From the human T2T-CHM13v2.0 reference genome, Homo sapiens: a stretch of DNA of 64,000 bases. This document shows, piece by piece, positions 13,701-25,198 of this stretch (position 1 is the first letter of the stretch; the number at the start of each line of letters is the position of its first letter). A program made the position numbers and the translations under genes. The stretch lies in NCBI RefSeq assembly GCF_009914755.1, contig NC_060938.1; one strand, given 5' to 3'. The notes under the pieces are model-generated. The model was given only the letters and a program-made list of their open reading frames with translations. It did no database searches and was not told the origin of the DNA.

Positions 13701-14902
13701 TTCTCCCTTCTTTTCAGCCCTGGAATCTCCCGTCTGCTTTACAGTCACCTTGTGGGATCGTTGGGCATGGGGGGCTCCCTCTGACGCCGCTTAAACCCCC
13801 CAAAGAAGTGCGGGGGAGCGATTCTGACTTGATGCCCTCGGCGGGGCCTCTCTGCTGTCCTCTTTGGGGCCCCTTGCTCATCCTCACCTGCTTTCTGTCA
13901 CCGAGCACTCCATCCTTGTCCTCCTGGCTGCCACCCACCTGTCACCCTAAGATAGATCCTCGGTCCCTTTCAACAGCATTTTGACCTTTGCGAGAGGACA
14001 TTTGATTGACGGCCCTGCACGCTCTGCCACTCAGAGCCGGGCAGAGCTGCCGAGGGCTCCCACCTGTTAGGGATTAACTCCCATGTGCCAGCTCCGGAGC
14101 CGAGGCCGCGGCAGGGCTCGGCGCAACATGTGTCGCTGCCTGTTTTTCGGGGCGCTGGGGCTCTTTCAAAGGGCATGTGTGTGGGGATCACCCCAACTTT
14201 GAGGGGTAGCTCAGGCATCTCCACATGGGACACAGTCCGCCCTCTAAAAGTACTTTCCTTAGAGGGCACGGCTCCTGTCTGGATTCTTATTACAACCCTG
14301 GTGTGTGTGGTGGGGGGTACCCCTGGTTAAGGTGGAGGAAGCGGACCCAGTGGAAGAGGAAGGGGCATAGCGGGTTCCGCGAACATGAGTTGTAAGCGGC
14401 AGAGCCCGGGACTCCACAGCCAGGGTTTTCTGACTCGGAGACGCGGAGCTCTGTCTCCCATGTCAAAGAGAACCAGTCAGAAACGCACGGGTGGGCTGGG
14501 AGGGGGTGACAGCCTCTGGCTTACATCTGGGAACCAGTTATGTCGCCCGGGCATTTTATTTTCCTGAACAATAAGAGAAAGCATGATTTTCTTTCGCTAA
14601 GCCCGCATCCTCCGATGGATGTTCCGAAACCGCCAGGTGTGGGATCTGCGCCCCGACAGCCCCACCTTGGCCATCGGCCGCCTGAGGACGGCCAGCCATC
14701 GGGGCGATTCCCCCCACACATTGTGCCTGAATTCACCCTGCCTGGCGAGCCGGGCTCACGCAGGGAAAAAGCACCCGCGACCACAGGGTGTTGGTCATGG
14801 CGGCCAGGGGCACTGCGGCAGAATTTTTTCCTCCCTTCTTTGCTGCAATCTGGGTGCGGCTAGAGCAATTTGTCATAGAATCTGGGGGGCTCATTTTTCC
14901 GG

Positions 14903-14983
14903 CCAATCACTTTTAGAGAAATGAGCGCATTGCAGCAGAATGCGCTGACGTCAGAGACCACCCCTTCTGCGCCTCCATATAAA
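14903..14983 (+). promoter_or_regulatory. MEG3 core promoter: CCAAT (14903-14907), CRE TGACGTCA (14946-14953), TATAAA (14978-14983)
   Basis: Motifs read directly upstream of exon 1; a cAMP-responsive element in the MEG3 promoter is established. Confidence 0.9.
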
Positions 14984-14995
14984 CCCCACCCAGCC

Positions 14996-15105
14996 AGCCC
15001 CTAGCGCAGACGGCGGAGAGCAGAGAGGGAGCGCGCCTTGGCTCGCTGGCCTTGGCGGCGGCTCCTCAGGAGAGCTGGGGCGCCCACGAGAGGATCCCTC
15101 ACCCG
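14996..15105 (+). ncRNA. MEG3: MEG3 exon 1 (includes GA-rich triplex-forming segment 15014-15033)
   Basis: AGCCCCTAGCGCAGACGGCGGAGAGC...ACCCG|GTGAGT donor. Confidence 0.95.
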
Positions 15106-16184
15106 GTGAGTGGTTGGCCATCCTTGCCGCAAAGGATGTGCAAAAGGAAGACGGCATCCGCTTCTGGGATGGGCTCTGTCCTCCTGGACATGCCGAGAGC
15201 CTGCCTGATCCTGGGTCCTGCTGCTGGAGGCGGCCACTTCGCCTGGTCCCCGAGCGTCCGCAACAAAATTTGTCAGAAAGAAAATCTTGAGGCACATTTC
15301 CCTGGGGGGAAGTCAGGGCTCCTCTCTGGAGGGTCCAGTCCTTAAGGGTGGGCTGGGTGGTAGGGACTTCAGTTCAGAGGAGCGGGAGGAATCAGATGGA
15401 ACTCCTCTTGGATTCGGGTATACGGCAGTCACTGGGGGGCGAACCCCGGATTTCCTGTATTAGAAGCCGCCTCTAGAATCGCGTTAATAGTGGGAGATAT
15501 GGCGGCGATGCCTTCTGCGTGCCCCATGAATTAGGGGGGGAAGCACCCGAATAGAAGGGTCTCCCGGGCATATTTGCCTCGCCAGCTGTTGGCCAGGTTT
15601 TTGGTGGATCGTGGGCGGGAGGAGTGGAGGTTCCTCTTCGCGAGGTTTTCCGAATCCAAATACACAGGTTTAGTGCAGTGTGGACCCCAGGCAAAATGTG
15701 GAGTAAAATTTCTACCCGATATCATCTGGTTCTGCCCTGATCAGCCACTTTCACAGTGGAGAGAGATGGCGCCCAAGTGCAAACCTGCCAGTAGCCCCCT
15801 AGGATCAGTCCTTGCCGAAGGGGGGTCGTGGGATTGGGGGCACTGGGAGAATAGATGCAGGGGGTGGGTTGGGGAGGAGAGAAGGCCGTGTCCTTGGGTC
15901 TGGGAAGAGGGAGGAGAGAAATGCAGAAAAGGGGGTGTGTTGCTGGGGTCTGGACGCTGGGAGCTGGGGATGGGGTGCCGCGGGGGTCTTCAGAGCGTTG
16001 CGTGGTGGTCGCTCGAAAATCCTGACATGTTGCAGTCTTGGACTTTTGGTCAAATCGCCTTTTGCCATTTCCTTTGTCAGAGTCAAGCCCCCCCAGGCCG
16101 CCCCCTCCCACCCTGGGCCGGCGGGCCTGGTGGGGGCGCAGGCGGGTGGCTACGTGGCAGGTTTCTGGAAGGTTTCCTGGCTGG

Positions 16185-16200
16185 CCGCGAGAGGGCGCTG
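16185..16200 (+). promoter_or_regulatory. Candidate CpG-containing CTCF site in MEG3 intron 1
   Basis: CCGCGAGAGGGCGCTG resembles the CTCF core; it abuts the ZFP57 hexamer at 16201. Confidence 0.6.
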
Positions 16201-17217
16201 GCGGCACTGCGGAATTTTGGGGGGCGGGGTGGGGAGGGGAGGTGGCCTTTGTTCTCCTGATGGAGGGGGTCGGGCGCGGGATCTACTGGAGGATCCTGGA
16301 TTCGTTTACCCAAGAGGGAACAGTTTTGAGACCCCCCGGATTCACTGCGGAGTGGCCGCAGAGGCCGGGGTCGGCCTTTGCGCCGTGGCTTCGGGTGTTG
16401 TGGAGGCGCACAGAGGCACGTTAGTTGATTTCCAGTGGTTTTTGGTTTCGGGGGTCTTAGGAAGGTGTGGCTCATTTGAGCAGGATGGAGAGAGAGGCTG
16501 TGACAAGGTCAGTGAGGGGCCATCGTGCGGGGGCTAGAAATTGTTGTTGTGGCGAAGGAGGGAGGCACGACTTTGGAGGCGTGATGTTGATGCCTGGGGG
16601 CGAAGGCGGGGAGCGGCGTGGTGGCCCCCTTTGCGTTACTTTCCAGCGATGTCACAGGTTCTGTCTCTCGTTCCGAGACCACCCACATGCGTGACAGCGG
16701 TGCCTGGAGGACTGGGTCTTTCTGACTTTAGTGAACGTGTGTTTAATTGGATTGACGAAGGTGGGAGTCGGGATTTCTGCTTTTCCCTGTAGCAGGCGGA
16801 GCGGCGCTCCAGAGGGGCCTGGCGCAGGTCCGCTGGGTGGCCCACCTTCCTCTGGGGCTGGGGCCCGGTGGCTGGGGGCGCAGGAGGCGCCTGGTGCGGG
16901 CGGGAGGCGCTGCGCCGCAGCCACAGGTGGGCTCTGGCTGGTGGTGGCTGGAGAGGCGTCGAGGGGGCGTAGCGACCTGGCGCGGTGGCCTGGGGTGGGC
17001 TGTGGAGCCCTTCCTAGCCTGAGACCTGTTGGGCACCCCCTGTCCATCCAGGCCCGCCGGGCGCGGGCCGGGGCGCCGCAGGTGGCTGCTGCACTCCTGG
17101 GTTACGGGTGCGGGCCGCGCGCCCCCTAGCGGTGTGTGCCAGCCCCGCTACCTTGGGTTTTGAGTTGCGCACACGCACACAGCTAACACTTGTGACCTGT
17201 CAGTCAAATCATCCTTA

Positions 17218-17530
17218 CCCCCTCCCACTCCTCTCCTCCACCTCCCATTTCTCCTCTCCCTCCACCCTTTCTCATTTCCTCGTCCCTCCTCCCCCTCCTA
17301 TTTTTCTTCTCCCTCCTCCCTCTTTCCTCTTCCCTCCTCCCTCTTCCCCCCTCATTTTCCTCATCTCTCTTTTCCCCTCCCCTTCTCTCCTCCCCTCTCC
17401 CTGCCCCCCCTCCTTCCTCCCTCCATACCCCTCCCTCTTCCCTCCCAGCCCCTCCCTACTGCCTTCCTCAGTCCTCCCCTTTGCCACTCCTCCCTGCCTT
17501 TCCCTCTGCCTGCCCCCTTTTGCTCTCTGC
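17218..17530. repeat. Polypyrimidine (CT-rich) low-complexity tract in intron 1
   Basis: About 300 bp almost exclusively C/T on the + strand. Confidence 0.9.
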
Positions 17531-17596
17531 TGTTCCGGTGCTGGCCGTTAGAGGTCACGAAGATGGTTTCTAACCTGCCCCCCTCCCATGCCATAG

Positions 17597-17705
17597 GGTC
17601 TCTCCTCAGGGATGACATCATCCGTCCACCTCCTTGTCTTCAAGGACCACCTCCTCTCCATGCTGAGCTGCTGCCAAGGGGCCTGCTGCCCATCTACACC
17701 TCACG
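17597..17705 (+). ncRNA. MEG3: MEG3 exon 2
   Basis: ccatag|GGTCTCTCC...CTCACG|gtactt. Confidence 0.92.
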
Positions 17706-17922
17706 GTACTTCAACCCTCCTGCTATCATTTCATAACCAACGTGGCGGGCAGAATCTCCCAACCCCACCACCATCCTTGCACCACCCCCAGACCCACTAG
17801 CAATTAAAAGACAATTTTAAATTTTAACTAATCAGCTTTAATTGTAATTAATGAACTTAAACTGTAATTATGATCTAGGCTTGGGCTTTTAAGCAGGTTC
17901 TCTAACCTTTGATCAATTGCAG

Positions 17923-18638
17923 AGGGCACTAGGAGCACGGTTTCCTGGATCCCACCAACATACAAAGCAGCCACTCACTGACCCCCAGGACCAGGATGGC
18001 AAAGGATGAAGAGGACCGGAACTGACCAGCCAGCTGTCCCTCTTACCTAAAGACTTAAACCAATGCCCTAGTGAGGGGGCATTGGGCATTAAGCCCTGAC
18101 CTTTGCTATGCTCATACTTTGACTCTATGAGTACTTTCCTATAAGTCTTTGCTTGTGTTCACCTGCTAGCAAACTGGAGTGTTTCCCTCCCCAAGGGGGT
18201 GTCAGTCTTTGTCGACTGACTCTGTCATCACCCTTATGATGTCCTGAATGGAAGGATCCCTTTGGGAAATTCTCAGGAGGGGGACCTGGGCCAAGGGCTT
18301 GGCCAGCATCCTGCTGGCAACTCCAAGGCCCTGGGTGGGCTTCTGGAATGAGCATGCTACTGAATCACCAAAGGCACGCCCCACCTCTCTGAAGATCTTC
18401 CTATCCTTTTCTGGGGGAATGGGGTCGATGAGAGCAACCTCCTAGGGTTGTTGTGAGAATTAAATGAGATAAAAGAGGCCTCAGGCAGGATCTGGCATAG
18501 AGGAGGTGATCAGCAAATGTTTGTTGAAAAGGTTTGACAGGTCAGTCCCTTCCCACCCCTCTTGCTTGTCTTACTTGTCTTATTTATTCTCCAACAGCAC
18601 TCCAGGCAGCCCTTGTCCACGGGCTCTCCTTGCATCAG
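17923..18638 (+). ncRNA. MEG3: MEG3 exon 3 (conserved core, contains H11 and H27 motifs)
   Basis: ttgcag|AGGGCACT...GCATCAG|gtaggg. Hairpin caatgccc-tagtgagg-gggcattg at 18061-18084; CTTGC/CTTGT/CTTAC/CTTAT repeats at 18561-18584. Confidence 0.95.
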
Positions 18639-19230
18639 GTAGGGGCTTTGCAGAGACCATCGACGGGCTGACTTGAGTAAGAACACGAATTATGCATGTG
18701 GCCATTTCCAGAGCACTTTCTATGTGATATGAACATGTGATTTTTATGTAATATGTGTATGTAAACGAGGCAGCCTCATTTCCAGGTGAGGATGCATTTG
18801 GTAGTGTTGATTTTTGTAATTTAAAGAAGCTGAAAGGGAGAGAGGACCCGTGAGGACTGAACTCTCTGTCCCATGGGGTAGGGCTTACATTTACATTAAA
18901 GAAACAGAAACTTGCTGGGAGGTGTAAGTATTTGGTCACATTGCTGGCAACAGAAGGGGTTGGAGTTGGACCCAGGGTGCCACGCTAGCTGCCCTCACCC
19001 CTTCTTCCCCTCTGGCCCAGAGTTATACTAAGAGTCCTTTTATTTCAAACCAAATGTTTGACAATGGGACAGTCTGTTTGAAATCCCAGCTGCCTGGGGT
19101 GGTCTTGGGGGTCTGGGTGGCCCCAGTGCTGGTACCATGTGCTGGCTTCACCTTTTAATAACAGTGTGACCTTAAACAAGTCGCTTAACTACTCTAAGTT
19201 TCAGTTTCTTTCATGGTCTAAATGGAGATT

Positions 19231-19233
<3 letters not shown>

Positions 19234-19280
<47 letters not shown>
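19234..19280. repeat. (CA)n microsatellite
   Basis: About 23 CA units. Confidence 0.97.
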
Positions 19281-19284
<4 letters not shown>

Positions 19285-20315
19285 CGTGTATCTACCCCAC
19301 AGGGCGCTTTTGAAGACCAAATGCTGTAACTACTATGAAAGTGCTTTGTAAATTGCTGTGGAAAGTGTGAGCTACTCAAGCACCCGAGGCTGTCCCTCCT
19401 TGCTCACATGTCCAGCCCAATTCTCCCTTAGTGAGAACAGCACTCAGTAGGTGCTGTGTGTGTTTGTGTTCAATTAAGAAATTCCAGAATAAATAAAAAT
19501 GAATTAATTCAACAAACATTTTCTGGGGCACCGACAATCTGCCCAGTGCACCAGGCTAGGTATCTGATACAAAGATAATGAAAACAGTCTCTTGGAACCT
19601 AATTGGGGTCCTCATTTGACCAGGAATTTCTTTCGTCCCGTTTTAAGCCAACCAGTTTTGTCCGGACAAGACAAAAACAACTTGGGCTGCTTTAGAGAAG
19701 CCCAGCTCAGTGTAGACAATAGCTGCCCAGCCTCTGAAAGGGGCTGATTGGATTATGTGGCAAATGGAGGTGCAAGGATGACTTGGACGGTGACAAATGA
19801 AGTGGGCGGAGACCTGCTTTGAGTTAATCCAGGCTATTAGGAGGGGACCTTTTGTCTTCCAGAGACTGGCAGGAGCTTTTACCAGTGGTTTTTACATCCT
19901 TAATGTTCAGGACGAATAATTTATGGTCAGTGAAAATCCAGGCCCCAGTGAGATTCGAGTGGGCTGTAAAATCGAGAGTCCTGCTCCCAGTGAGTAATGG
20001 TAGTGAATGTTCCTGTCACTTTTTGCAACCGTCCATTCATTTGATCCTCACAACTCCCTGTCCTGAGCCAGGGCCGGCCACTGCCACTCCCAGGGAAACA
20101 GAGGCTGTCAAGAGGCTCCACAGATTGGGCCCCACTGGATCATTGAACCCCTGTTCCCTGAGTTCTAGAGGAAGAATTGTACCTGTCTCAGTCCCGGCCA
20201 CCTCCAGAAGGCCTCCCTCTGCATTTCTGACTTTGCTGTGCCGGCAGCCTGGAGCCTCCCAGGTCCCTGCTGTCATCTTTTCTAGCCACTACAGTCTCTG
20301 TCTTTCCTTTCACAG

Positions 20316-20429
20316 CCAAGCTTCTTGAAAGGCCTGTCTACACTTGCTGTCTTCCTTCCTCACCTCCAATTTCCTCTTCAACCCACTGCTTCCTGACTCG
20401 CTCTACTCCGTGGAAGCACGCTCACAAAG
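20316..20429 (+). ncRNA. MEG3: MEG3 core exon
   Basis: ttcacag|CCAAGCTT...CACAAAG|gtaaag. Confidence 0.92.
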
Positions 20430-21408
20430 GTAAAGACTTTTCTGTGGCTTAATCCTTGTCATGTTTTCGGCTCATGGACACAAGGACACATTTTCATGCC
20501 TTCTCTCACAGGGCTCTGCGGCTCCGGTTCACTTCTGTGTCTTTACACTCCCTTCACAGAGACACTTGCTCCCCCTTCTCTCGTTCTTGGCATCCCCTAG
20601 GAACTTGCACACCCAGGTCTCTCGACTTCTGGACCTGCTTCTTACCATGCCGTCTTAAGCAGTCAGGAGTCGCTGCCTGGGTTCGAGTCCTAGTTAAATT
20701 ACTTAGTGCTGAGACCTTGGGGTAGGTAAACTTTTCCAAGCCAGGTTTATCTCAGTTTCAAAATAGGGTTAATCGTCTTTATCTGGCAGGTCAGGTGGGA
20801 TGTCTCACAGGTAAGCACCAGATGCCATTTGAAAGGCTTGAAGCAAAGTCAATAAAGCATTCATGGGAAAATACAACTGGAGGCACCACTAGATTTTCGT
20901 ATACATTAGGTTCCCACGGGGAGGACCGAAGAGAGAAGAAAGAAGTGGAAAGGGAGGAGCGTGCAGGAGAGACAGGAGAAGAGAATAACTAAACAAAGAC
21001 ATTAAAGACAAAAAAAAAAAGTAGGAAAGGGAGACTTAGAAAATATTAAAAGCCACCAAAAACACATCCAAAGACGGTTTCCCCTTACGTTAGTTGGGCT
21101 AAAAGAAAGCAAATGGGAAGAAGGTTTTAAATTGATTATCCCAGTGACAAATCCCAGGAAGCTTTCACATCAAATCACCCTATTCTGGGTTTTTAACTCC
21201 TTCCATCGAGTTTAACCTCTTTACCTCCCACATCCTGGTAAACCCTGCCCCCTCCCTACCGCCCCCTTTGCTGGTGATTAAATCCTGAAGGTACACGAAG
21301 TATTTCAGTGAATGAATGGCTAACAGAAAAGGGCCTCCCCTCCCCCTTACCCTGGCGGTGTTTTTCAGTTTTATTCCACTTTCCGCCCTTTTCCCTTAAT
21401 GAACACAG

Positions 21409-21538
21409 GGCTAATCTCGGGCCTTGTCGAAGGAAGAGGCTGCAGACGTTAATGAGGTTAGCTGCTGGATTCCAGTATTCGTCGCATAAGGATCCTTCTT
21501 TGTCTGCGAAGGAAAAACACACTGATTATCATAATGAG
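21409..21538 (+). ncRNA. MEG3: MEG3 alternative exon
   Basis: acacag|GGCTAATCTC...ATAATGAG|gtgaac; recognised from MEG3 splice variants. Confidence 0.75.
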
Positions 21539-21992
21539 GTGAACTGGCCACCGCCGGGCTGGGGCGATGTGGCTTCTTAAGCCACACTTCTAATTTTGGT
21601 GATGGAGCCGACATTTCTTTGGCTCCTCATTTAAGTCTTTGCCTCTGTCCCAGTGCGAAGTCCATTCAGCGGGGTTGAAAGTTGCAGGCAGCTTTGGGAA
21701 GGGGGGCGTCGGACAGGGTTGCATTGTAGAAAGTGGCTTTGTTCGATCCTTCGCACAGATGCAAATGGCCAGAGCATTCATTCCCTTTCTTCAAGAGCTG
21801 AGGACTGGGGGGGCCACTGGTGATCAGTTCCCAACTCTAGCTCTCCTCTGACTCATCTCAGGACCCATTGAGGACATCCAAAACTCACTCAAGATCACCA
21901 AGTGGTAGGAAAGTACTAACTCCTGGGCATAGCCCTAGGGGAGTGACTACAATGTGAATACTCATGGAATGCCTAGCCAGGTGAAGAAGTGA

Positions 21993-22454
<462 letters not shown>

Positions 22455-23529
22455 CCTATAGTAGTTCTTCTTTTGCCCCTTAATATCCTCACCCACATGT
22501 CCTGTACCCTGCCTGAACCCTCCTCCTCTTTTTGTTCTGATCTTTGAGCTCCCTAGAGCCCATAATTCTTTAGAGCAGGTATGTCCCGAGTCTGAAACAT
22601 GCCCTTATTTGTCCCAAGCTCTGGACATTTCTCACCCCAAGGCGGATCAATCATGATTAAATCACTCCAATTAAACTTTAGGCTCCAGTCAGACCTTCAG
22701 CCAAATGGAAAAAAAAACTAGGGGATAAGGGAGGTAGTTGGAGCAAGAAAATGTTATTAGTTGAAACCTTACGGGACCTTCCTCCCTTAGTGAGTCTGTT
22801 GGCTAAAGGTTCTCTGGCTTCGTGAATTAGAATCGGATACTGTTTCCAAGTTAGCAAAACCAACTCTACCCCAGCACCCCACGAGGAAGAATGTGGAAGG
22901 ATCTCCCATTGGCCGGTTGGGGCAAAAGCCTGAGGCAATCTTTCATCCCCTTTTGCCAAGGCGAGACTTTCCCAGTGACGGTGATGTAGTTGGCCACTCT
23001 GACTATGGGTGGACTCGGGTGTAGACCTCTGAAGCTGAGATCACACGAAAACCTGGCCTCCCCGCCATGTAGCTGTTGGAGAGTAGAAAAATAGAGCACG
23101 CCTGATGTTTCTAAATGAGAAGACTTTGAATAGTAATGAAGAATCCATGGCACTCTCCTCACCCTCAAACACATGGCAGTCATTCACATACAGGCCCCAA
23201 AGCCACTGTTAGTGCTGCAGTAGCTCCTGTGGACATTGGAAAGCCCGGAGAGGGCGTGGAAGAAATCAGCTGGCCCCCGGCAGGTTCTCTGGGGTTTTGT
23301 GCCCAAGGCTCCTGGAGCCCTAAAAACTTTCAAAAGTTAACTCCCCACGTCCCCATCCTGCTTGGGTTTCTGGACTTTTCTGAGGCACCGGCAGAGGGGT
23401 CTCGTTGCTCCCTTGAGTGTAGGGGCAGCCCTTTAACCTGGCTCCTTGAGTCCCTGCTTTTTCTGCTTCTGTTGCCTTCTTCCTCGTCTTCCTCTCTCTC
23501 AATATCTCCCTCTCTTTGTCCCTCCCCAG

Positions 23530-23649
23530 TTCCTGACCTGGCCATCCCGGGGTGCCCTTGACCAGCCCCGTGTCTCCTCAGGGTGTCCCAGCACCAGCCT
23601 GGCACAGAGTGGGGCTCAGTTAGAGTATGTGGGATGTTGGTTTCGCCAG
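23530..23649 (+). ncRNA. MEG3: MEG3 alternative exon
   Basis: Long pyrimidine tract then ccccag|TTCCTGACC...TTCGCCAG|gtgagt. Confidence 0.7.
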
Positions 23650-25064
23650 GTGAGTGAATGAAAGGACTCGACCACCACAGCTGAGCCACTAGCTGGGCCA
23701 TGCGAAGAGTTCTAGGTGCAAAGGCTGGAGGGTGGAATTCATTTTTGAGAGGTGTGTGAGCAGCTTCCGACCCCTGCCCCATTTGAACGGGGGCCTTGCT
23801 GGTCGCGTCCCTGCATTCACCCGCGCGGCCATCCCGTCATCCAACAGTTGATCCTAACTGAGCACGCCCACGGCCCTGGTCTGGCCTGGGCACCGGCCAC
23901 CGTAGCCCATCCCTTGATGGCCTCTGTGTCCCCAGGAGGGCGGGCCGGGGGGTTGCCCAGGGGCTGGAGCAGTGGACTGTGGCTCCATAGAGGTAGGCCG
24001 GAGGGTGTGAGGGCAGATTCAAGCTATCCCCAGGGCTCTGCTCTGGTCGGAGCCAGCCCCTTCTCCCTCTCTGCCTTCCCCGCCCCATTCCTGATGCTGA
24101 ACTGTTCTGGACCCCTGGCCCTGAGTCTCTCAGGACCAAAGTGGGCACGGGAACAGCTGTAGTGTGTGCCCCCCCGGGCTTTGGCCACAGGTCTCCCTCT
24201 CGAGGTGTGGTTGTGACTGCGACCCTTCCCTTGCCGTGATGCCTTCCTCCCCCGGGGCTTGGTCCAGCTCCTTCACTCTCTAGCAGCTGCTGGGGCCCAC
24301 CTCCCATGCCGAGGACCAGCAGGGGAAACCTCCAGGGAGCATCTGCAGGCTCTGCTTCTGCCCGGCTGCTGGCTTGCTCTCCCTGGTGGCTCTCCAGCGG
24401 CCAGCTTCCTCACCCACCCGGCACTCTGCTTTGCTCTGTCTCCTGAGGTGGGCCTGACCAACCTCCCCTTCTCTGCCTCAGTCCCTGGGCTCCAGGGCTC
24501 AGCTCCACAGCCCTCTGCCTAGCAGGCTGGTTCTCCCTGCCAAGCCCATACCTGTGGTCACCTGGCCCTCCTGTGGTCTGAGTACCACTCCCCTGCCCCA
24601 GGAGCCACTCCCACTCCAGCTGCCTGTTTCCAGCAGGTTCCCAGTGCCCCCGACAAGCCCCTGCTGGTGTCTCCATCTCCTGCCAAGCATCCTCCAGTGC
24701 CTCCTCCTGTGGGCCTGGCCTCAGGGCTATGGACAGACTCCTGTCCCATCCCAGAGACCCCTCGTGATCGTGCCCTGGTGGGTGTTGCCCCCGCCTGCCT
24801 TTGCCTCCGCCGTGGCCCTGAGAGTCCTGGGCTCTGCCCCGCCCGGTCCCTTGCTCCCCACTCAGTTCTGGATTTGGGGCTGCCCCTAACCCAGCCCGTT
24901 GCTGCTTTGCACCTTTTCCTGTCATTGGGCATCCCCCAGTAGTCACCCCACTCCACCGAAAAGTAAACTGCAGGTGAGGCCGTGCCCCGAGTCTTTCTTC
25001 GGTGTGTTTGGCTTTTCCGGGGCGCTTGCCTTGCCATGATTCTAACTCTCTGCCCTTCCCCAAG

Positions 25065-25198
25065 GCACGTGGGCCGTGGCCCGGCTGGGTCGGCTGAAGA
25101 ACTGCGGATGGAAGCTGCGGAAGAGGCCCTGATGGGGCCCACCATCCCGGACCCAAGTCTTCTTCCTGGCGGGCCTCTCGTCTCCTTCCTGGTTTGGG
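25065..25198 (+). ncRNA. MEG3: MEG3 core exon
   Basis: ctaac branch point, cccaag|GCACGTGGG...GGTTTGGG|gtgagt. Confidence 0.92.

Larger units (their letters stand above)
13000..17150. promoter_or_regulatory. MEG3-DMR CpG-rich region (promoter, exon 1, intron 1)
   Basis: High CpG and GC density around the TSS. ZFP57 hexamers TGCCGC/GCGGCA at 14108, 14815, 15125, 15976 and 16201. Boundaries approximate. Confidence 0.85.
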
